From positions 3,303 through 67,302 of the forward strand of contig CAWKAE010000021.1 in assembly GCA_963847565.1 (NCBI GenBank): 64,000 nt of DNA. The letters are read 5' to 3'. Under the pieces are notes generated by a model. It had not been told where the DNA came from, ran no database searches, and saw only the letters and a list, made by a program, of their open reading frames with translations. Position 1 is the stretch's first letter. Each line of letters begins with the position of its first letter. Below, piece by piece: positions 58,550 through 64,000 of this stretch. A program made the position numbers and the translations under genes. Origin of the DNA: an uncultured Halobacteria archaeon (lineage in GTDB: Bacteria > Pseudomonadota > Gammaproteobacteria > UBA9214).

Positions 58550-58913
58550 CCAGCGTCCTTACTGCGCGTCGATTGCCTGCTGCACAACCTTCACTACATC
58601 AGCTTCCAGTTCCGTGACCAGTGCCGGGCAGCCGTGCGGTTGCAGTCTTCCCCCGTCGCTCAGCGAAACCCGCCAGGTTGCGCCCGATATACGGCTCAAG
58701 TGCTACGAATATCCTGTTCTATTCCAGCGAGTTATAGATCTTCTCGAAGGTTGTTTCCAGGTCAGTGACAACGCGCCATTCGTGCACACCGGCCACCTCG
58801 CCGGCGCGGCGAAGTTCGCCATGCTGGCACGCAACAAGATAATTCCCCGATCATTATTCCCGTGACCCCGGCTGGCAAGCGCATGTACATGCTCATGTAA
58901 ACTGTGCAGCATT

Positions 58914-59552
58914 ATGACAGTTAAGCCGTTTAACAATTCACTTTACTGCACCCTGCTCACGCTGCTCGTGCTGATGACCGCCTGCAGTCAGCCGATACCG
59001 CAACTCGCACGACTCCCGGATGATGCAATCGTGCTGGCCTTCGGCGACAGTATTACGCATGGTAATGGCGCAGGCCCCGAAGAGAGCTACCCGGCGGTAC
59101 TTGCCTCGCTCACGGGCCTGACAGTCATCAACGCAGGCTACCCGGGCGAAGTGACCGATGGTGGTCGCGAACGTCTGGCGGCACTGCTCGATACGCATCA
59201 ACCCGCACTATTGCTGCTGTGTCACGGCGGCAATGACCTGTTACGCAAAATCGATCCGGTCGTAACGCGCAGGAATCTCGATGCCATGATAGACATGGCG
59301 CACACCCGCAGTATCCCGGTCCTGCTGATCGGCGTTCCGCAGCCGGGCCTGTTTATGCTCGAATCCGCAGAACTCTACAGGGAAGTGGCCACCCGGCACG
59401 GCCTGCTTTACGACGGTGACATTTTGCCGGACGTCTATTCGGACAACGGGCTCAAGGCCGACCAGATACACCCGAATGCAGCCGGCTACCGGAAAATAGC
59501 AGCGGCCATTTACCGTTTAATGCAGGACAGTGGATTGTTGCCGGGGCGATAA
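58914..59552 (+). CDS. SGNH/GDSL hydrolase (TesA-like arylesterase), lipoprotein
   Basis: 212 aa with the lipobox LMTAC, block I FGDSITHGNG and a C-terminal D..HP motif. Confidence 0.85.
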   Translation: MTVKPFNNSLYCTLLTLLVLMTACSQPIPQLARLPDDAIVLAFGDSITHGNGAGPEESYPAVLASLTGLTVINAGYPGEVTDGGRERLAALLDTHQPALLLLCHGGNDLLRKIDPVVTRRNLDAMIDMAHTRSIPVLLIGVPQPGLFMLESAELYREVATRHGLLYDGDILPDVYSDNGLKADQIHPNAAGYRKIAAAIYRLMQDSGLLPGR

Positions 59553-59603
59553 CCGGGCTGGTGTGAGTGCACTAGACTTTTTACACATAAGAAAATAACT
59601 ACC

Positions 59604-59724
59604 GTCATTCCCGCGTACGACTGCAGGGAGAAGGTGAGCTCGCATAGCGCAGCGACGAGGCTGGCCTGGGCCATGCCAGGAGCCGAGAGCAATGCATGGA
59701 GCAATTGCCGAGGCGGGAATCCAG
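59604..59724 (+). repeat. MITE-like element, C-family copy 3 (long variant)
   Basis: It reads gtcattcccgcgtacgactgcagggagaaggtgagctcgc...gccgaggcgggaatccag and aligns with the reverse complement of 17174-17291. Confidence 0.7.
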
Positions 59725-59731
59725 TCACCCC

Positions 59732-59880
59732 GTCATTCCCGCGTAGGCGGGAATCCAGCCTTAAAAGAAAATGCCCAATTTAAATCAGACCAGTGAAGCA
59801 CAAAGTCAAACGGACTCATTACATATTCATCGTCATCTTAATCCTGACGGGCTGGATTCCCGCCTGCGCGGGAATGACGG
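59732..59880. repeat. 149-bp MITE-like element: 30-bp terminal inverted repeats around an AT-rich core
   Basis: The left TIR is cgtcattcccgcgtaggcgggaatccagcc and the right TIR is ggctggattcccgcctgcgcgggaatgacgg. The 89-bp core is markedly AT-rich compared with the surrounding sequence. Confidence 0.6.
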
Positions 59881-59932
59881 TAATTTTTAATCGGGGTGGG
59901 TGAAATCTGCTCACGGCTCACAGCTCACCTAC

Positions 59933-60009
59933 TTCACCCTTCACCTTTCACCTTTCACCTTTCACCCTTCACCCTTCACCCTTCACCCTTCACCCTTCAC
60001 CCTTCACCG
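59933..60009. repeat. heptanucleotide tandem repeat TTCACC(C/T/G) x11
   Basis: Direct count gives 1 C-type unit, 3 T-type, 6 consecutive C-type and 1 G-type. The array ends 5 nt from the tsaB stop codon. Confidence 0.9.
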
Positions 60010-60014
60010 ACGCA

Positions 60015-60707
60015 TCAAGCGGGTGGCTTGCGTTCATCGGCGACATTATTACGCAGGTAAACCGGTACGGCCTCGGCCGCATCCAGCACATGACCGGCGA
60101 GAAAATCCACTGACGCAAGCATTGCCACGTCATGCGCCCGTGGCTCCAGGTCGGGCATAACGCGCACGACCCGGTCTGCCGCAATTTCTGCCAGCACCTC
60201 ACCGTGAGCGGCCCAGCCGCTGCCGACCCCCACCCAGTCGTCGTCTTCGGGTATCACCACCGCAGCAGGCGCGCAGACGACTTCTTCGGCGGCGAGCACC
60301 GGGCAGCCGTTAGCGGTAAAACGATACGCTGCAAAGTAAACCTCGTCCTTGCGCGCATCAAGTGCGGCCAGGATATTTTCCTGGCCGCTTTCGCGCGCAC
60401 CACCGGCTGCCAGCACTGCCAGCGTCGACACCGCCACTACCGGCAAGTCAGCCGCAAAGGCGATTCCCTGGATCACACTGGCCGCGATACGTACACCGGT
60501 AAACGATCCCGGACCACGGCCGAACGCACAGGCATCGAGCGCCGTCACCTTTAGTCCCGCCTCGACCAGCAATGACTCAATCATCGGCAACAACAGGGAC
60601 GCATGCTGGCGTGGCGCCAACGCATGCCGCTCGACGATTTCCCCGTCAATTAACAGGGCCGCGGAACACGCAGCCGATGAAGTCTCAATGGCCAGGATTG
60701 CCGTCAC
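60015..60707 (-). CDS. tsaB: tRNA threonylcarbamoyladenosine biosynthesis protein TsaB
   Basis: 230 aa with the N-terminal motif ILAIETSSAACSAAL. The GTG start overlaps the helicase stop (GTGA). Confidence 0.9.
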   Translation of the reverse strand: MTAILAIETSSAACSAALLIDGEIVERHALAPRQHASLLLPMIESLLVEAGLKVTALDACAFGRGPGSFTGVRIAASVIQGIAFAADLPVVAVSTLAVLAAGGARESGQENILAALDARKDEVYFAAYRFTANGCPVLAAEEVVCAPAAVVIPEDDDWVGVGSGWAAHGEVLAEIAADRVVRVMPDLEPRAHDVAMLASVDFLAGHVLDAAEAVPVYLRNNVADERKPPA

Positions 60708-62665
60708 GTTGGCAATCCTGAAGAGAGCGGCTCGGCTATCACCGGCTCGACGCCGGCGAAAAATTCGTGGATATCATCGATGCTACGCGTACGGGGCATA
60801 TCAGGCAGACTGTTGAGGAATATCCGGCCATAGGATTTACCCAGCAGGCGCGGATCGCACAACACCAGTACACCGCGGTCTGCCTGGTCGCGTATCAGGC
60901 GGCCAATCCCCTGCTTGAGGGTAATCACCGCATGCGGTAACTGGTATTCCATGAACGGGTTGGCACCCTGTTTGCGCAGTGCCTCGATACGTGCCTGCAA
61001 TACCGGGTCACCCGGTGAACCGAACGGCAGCTTGTCGATGATGACGCAGGACAGTGTTTCCCCGCGGACGTCGACGCCCTCCCAGAAGCTACTCGTACCC
61101 AGCAACACGGCATTGCCCGCTGCGCGGAACTGTTCGAGCAATTCGCGGCGGGGTGCATCGCCCTGCACCAGCAGCGGGTAGGGAAAATCCTCTGCCAGTA
61201 ATTTAGCCGCCGCCCGTAAAGCACTGTGACTGGTAAAGAGAAGAAATGCACGCCCGCCACTGGCCGTCAGCACCTCGCGCGCACAGGCCACGACAGCTTC
61301 GACATAGCCCCGCTCGTTCGGCGCAGGCATGTGCTCCGGCAAATACAGCATGGCGTTGCGACGGTAATCAAATGGACTGTCCAGCTTCAGCGTATCGGCA
61401 TCTTCCAGACCCAGTTGTGCGGCAAAATGGGTAAAACTGTTGCCAACAGCCAGCGTGGCCGAGGTAAAGATCCATGCACTCGGCAATACCTCAAGGCATT
61501 CCCGAAATGCCGGCGCCACGTTCAATGGCGTCAGGTTCAGCCTGAATGAAGTCCGGAAGGTTTCAAACCAGTGGATATACTCGTCATCTTCCTGTTCACG
61601 CAGCTGCACCAGCCGGTCGCGTAACAGCACCGCCCGCTGACGACAGCTCTCCAGGCCCTTGCCGCGCTCGGCCACGAGCGTCAGCCAGTCAGACAACTGG
61701 TTGAGGGAATCCTGCAGGTCCTGCAATACGGTTTGCAGCGCGCGGGTCGCGGATACCTCGGACCAGGCCGCACGCCGATCTTGCTGACCAAGCGCCAGCC
61801 TGACCCGGTGTACCTGCCCTTCCAGAGTGCCGGCGGCATCCGGCAGGTCCTGCATGTCACCGGCCTCGCGCAGGTGCTCCAGGCGAATATCACGTGCCAG
61901 GTCGCGCAGCTGATGACTGCTTAGCGTAACGCCGAAAAATACCGAGGCCACCTCGGGCAGCTGGTGCGCTTCATCGATGACAAAGGCATCGGCACCCGGT
62001 AACAGTTCGCCGAAACCTTCTTCCTTCAGCACCATGTCGGCAAACAGCAAGTGGTGGTTGATGACGACAACGTCCGCTTCCATGGCATTGCGCCGTGCCT
62101 TTACCACGAAGCAGTCCTGGTAGTGCTCACACTCCTGGCCAAGGCAGTTTTCGGTGGTCGACGTCACCCGCGGCCAGATCGGTGAATCCTCGGACACCAG
62201 GCCGAGTTCGGCAATATCGCCCGCCCGGGTTCTGCCTGACCATGCACGCACCTCTTCCAGCTCATGCAATTGCCTGTCTTTGAGCTGGCGACCGTCATCC
62301 GCCGCTGTTGCCAGTCGGTGCAAACACAGGTAATTGGTGCGCCCCTTCAACAGTGCGGCATTCACCGCAGCACCGAGAGCATCGCGCACGACCGGCAGGT
62401 CCTTGCCATACAGCTGGTCCTGCAGGTGGCGTGTACCGGTAGAAATAATGACTTTACGACCGGCGCGCAGTACCGGCATCAGGTAGGCAAAGGTCTTGCC
62501 GGTGCCGGTACCGGCCTCGACAATCAGTTTTCCCTGTGCCTCGATTGTAGCGGCCGTCGCCTCGGCCATACGCTGCTGCTCTTCACGCGGCGCATAGCCC
62601 TGCAACACTTTTGACAGGGGCCCGGATTCACCAAGGAGTTCTGCAATCTCATGCATGGCAGACAT
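60704..62665 (-). CDS. ATP-dependent DNA helicase, DinG/YoaA family
   Basis: 653 aa with Walker A (AGTGTGKT), a DEAH box (VIDEAHQL) and a Cys-containing Fe-S region (C..C....C). Confidence 0.85.
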   Translation of the reverse strand: MSAMHEIAELLGESGPLSKVLQGYAPREEQQRMAEATAATIEAQGKLIVEAGTGTGKTFAYLMPVLRAGRKVIISTGTRHLQDQLYGKDLPVVRDALGAAVNAALLKGRTNYLCLHRLATAADDGRQLKDRQLHELEEVRAWSGRTRAGDIAELGLVSEDSPIWPRVTSTTENCLGQECEHYQDCFVVKARRNAMEADVVVINHHLLFADMVLKEEGFGELLPGADAFVIDEAHQLPEVASVFFGVTLSSHQLRDLARDIRLEHLREAGDMQDLPDAAGTLEGQVHRVRLALGQQDRRAAWSEVSATRALQTVLQDLQDSLNQLSDWLTLVAERGKGLESCRQRAVLLRDRLVQLREQEDDEYIHWFETFRTSFRLNLTPLNVAPAFRECLEVLPSAWIFTSATLAVGNSFTHFAAQLGLEDADTLKLDSPFDYRRNAMLYLPEHMPAPNERGYVEAVVACAREVLTASGGRAFLLFTSHSALRAAAKLLAEDFPYPLLVQGDAPRRELLEQFRAAGNAVLLGTSSFWEGVDVRGETLSCVIIDKLPFGSPGDPVLQARIEALRKQGANPFMEYQLPHAVITLKQGIGRLIRDQADRGVLVLCDPRLLGKSYGRIFLNSLPDMPRTRSIDDIHEFFAGVEPVIAEPLSSGLPT

Positions 62666-62685
62666 TACCGTCCGCAGGTTCGCGT

Positions 62686-63240
62686 CTAACGCAACGCACG
62701 TGCCCTGCGCTCGGCCTCCTGCGCACCCGTTTCGTCATCGCGGGAACGGCGGGCGCTTGCTATCAGGTTCCAGTTACGTGCCTGCTGAGCCGTGTTACCC
62801 GTGGCAAGACTGTTGGATTTTACAGCCAGCTGTTCGGCCGCCGTCGGATTGCCCTGCGACAGGCGTACGGTTGCCAGGTGATACCAGAGCGCCGCATTGC
62901 GCGGGTCTATACGAATAGCGCGTTCCAGCGAAGCGGCAGCCGCTTCCAGGTCGCCGTCATTCGCCTGCGTCTCGGCGGTATCGAGCAACGCCACAACGGC
63001 CGCCGGCTGCGGTCGCTGCACCGGCTGCTGCGGCACCGGAACCGGCACCGATGGCCGGGTGACCGGTGGCACCGATTCACGTTCTTCAACGGGAACGCCG
63101 CTACCCTGCTCAATAACCGGCGGCAGCTGCCCGCCTGGCCGCGGCGGATAATAGGTCGGCGCAGTGCACCCGTTCAATACAACGACCACCAGTGTGGCCA
63201 TAACGGGTATTGCGTATCGCATCGATATGTATGACTTCAA
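62686..63240 (-). CDS. TPR-repeat lipoprotein with a proline-rich linker (LpoP-like candidate)
   Basis: It has the lipobox VVVLNGC, a Pro-rich low-complexity stretch and a C-terminal TPR-like region. The TTG 63240 start overlaps the mrcB stop (TTGA). An alternative start is the ATG at 63222. Confidence 0.7.
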   Translation of the reverse strand: MKSYISMRYAIPVMATLVVVVLNGCTAPTYYPPRPGGQLPPVIEQGSGVPVEERESVPPVTRPSVPVPVPQQPVQRPQPAAVVALLDTAETQANDGDLEAAAASLERAIRIDPRNAALWYHLATVRLSQGNPTAAEQLAVKSNSLATGNTAQQARNWNLIASARRSRDDETGAQEAERRARALR

Positions 63241-64000
63241 TTAAACAGCTCCTCGAACCAGTCGAGTGGACGCGGCCCACGCGTGCAGGCCGCTGCCTCG
63301 GTCGGCGCACTGCCACGAATAAACGGTAATTGTACGGCATCTGCACAGCTTTCATCAGCCAGCAAACCGGAAACCGGGTCTATCCAGTGGTATTCAATAT
63401 CATCACCGGGCGACTGCAGGTCGGTTCCGCCCGTGGCAGCGAACACGTCCCGCCAGATTCGCAGTGCGCCGCTCGACCCGGTCAGCCCGGTTGGCTGATT
63501 ATCATCGCGTCCGATCCAGATCACGCCGAGTCGGTCACCGGTAAAACCGGCAAACCAGCTGTCGCGGAGGTCGTCCGTGGTACCGGTCTTGCCGGCCACC
63601 GTCTGCTCGGCCGGCAGCACATGGTAAATTGCCTGGCCGGTACCCTCACGCACAACATGCTGCATGGCCGTGGTAATCAGGTAATTGGGGCCCGGCTCGA
63701 CTGCAGCGGTAACATTCAGCGGATAACGTTGCAATGGGGTCTTGTCAGCAGCAAGCACTGCGGTAATCGAGCGCAACGGCGTGGAAAAACCACCGCTGGC
63801 GAAAGTCTGGTACATCCGGGCCACCTGCAATGGCGACATCTCGAGTGCGCCCAGCAGCAGTGAAGGATAGGGATTCAGGTGCTGCTCAACGCCCAGCCGC
63901 TTTAATGTGCGCACGACCTTGCCCAAGCCAAGCGCGAGCCCGAGACGCGCGGTACTGATGTTGTAGGAATGCGCAAGTGCCTGGTAAAGCGGCACCTCTC
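63237..64000 (-). CDS. mrcB: penicillin-binding protein 1B (C-terminal transpeptidase part); the 5' end runs past the right window edge
   Basis: It has the transpeptidase motifs SYN and KTGTT. The frame is open to the window edge. Confidence 0.85.
   Translation of the reverse strand, partial: EVPLYQALAHSYNISTARLGLALGLGKVVRTLKRLGVEQHLNPYPSLLLGALEMSPLQVARMYQTFASGGFSTPLRSITAVLAADKTPLQRYPLNVTAAVEPGPNYLITTAMQHVVREGTGQAIYHVLPAEQTVAGKTGTTDDLRDSWFAGFTGDRLGVIWIGRDDNQPTGLTGSSGALRIWRDVFAATGGTDLQSPGDDIEYHWIDPVSGLLADESCADAVQLPFIRGSAPTEAAACTRGPRPLDWFEELFN

Overview
This is a GC-rich chromosomal core segment with gammaproteobacterial-type gene order, and almost all of it is conserved housekeeping in classical synteny. 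On the minus strand, the first block runs DUF502 protein, lysS, prfB, recJ, an unknown gene, thrC, hom and an aminotransferase. The second block runs rpoS, nlpD, yqaA-like, pcm and surE. After a plus-strand smr gene, the third block runs truD, ispF, ispD, ftsB, eno, kdsA, pyrG, tilS, accA and dnaE. After a plus-strand diguanylate cyclase, the fourth block runs rnhB, lpxB, lpxA, fabZ, lpxD, skp, bamA, rseP, dxr, cdsA, uppS, frr, pyrH, tsf and rpsB. The plus strand then carries map, glnD, dapC-like, dapD, an arsC-family gene, dapE, a TatT-DctPQM (TPAT-type) TRAP transporter and an SGNH esterase. The window ends on the minus strand with tsaB, a yoaA/dinG-like helicase, a TPR lipoprotein and mrcB (partial). 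I saw no tRNA, rRNA, CRISPR array, transposase, integrase, phage gene or recognisable defence or toxin module. I do not find a convincing novel multi-gene system here. Four things stand out. (1) Besides the genuine prfB programmed +1 frameshift, about eight single-nucleotide frame breaks sit in conserved genes: pcm, truD (two), eno, dapE, dctM and probably dctP. Their pattern looks more like base-calling indels than gene decay. (2) At least four families of REP/MITE-like palindromic repeats fill the intergenic gaps, and some overlap stop codons. (3) An 11-unit heptamer tandem array with G-quadruplex potential lies next to tsaB. (4) A few accessory insertions break otherwise conserved operons: two I-site GGDEF cyclases, a small orphan ORF, smr and the TPAT transporter. 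All product calls come from my reading of the translated ORFs (motifs and synteny); no searches were run.
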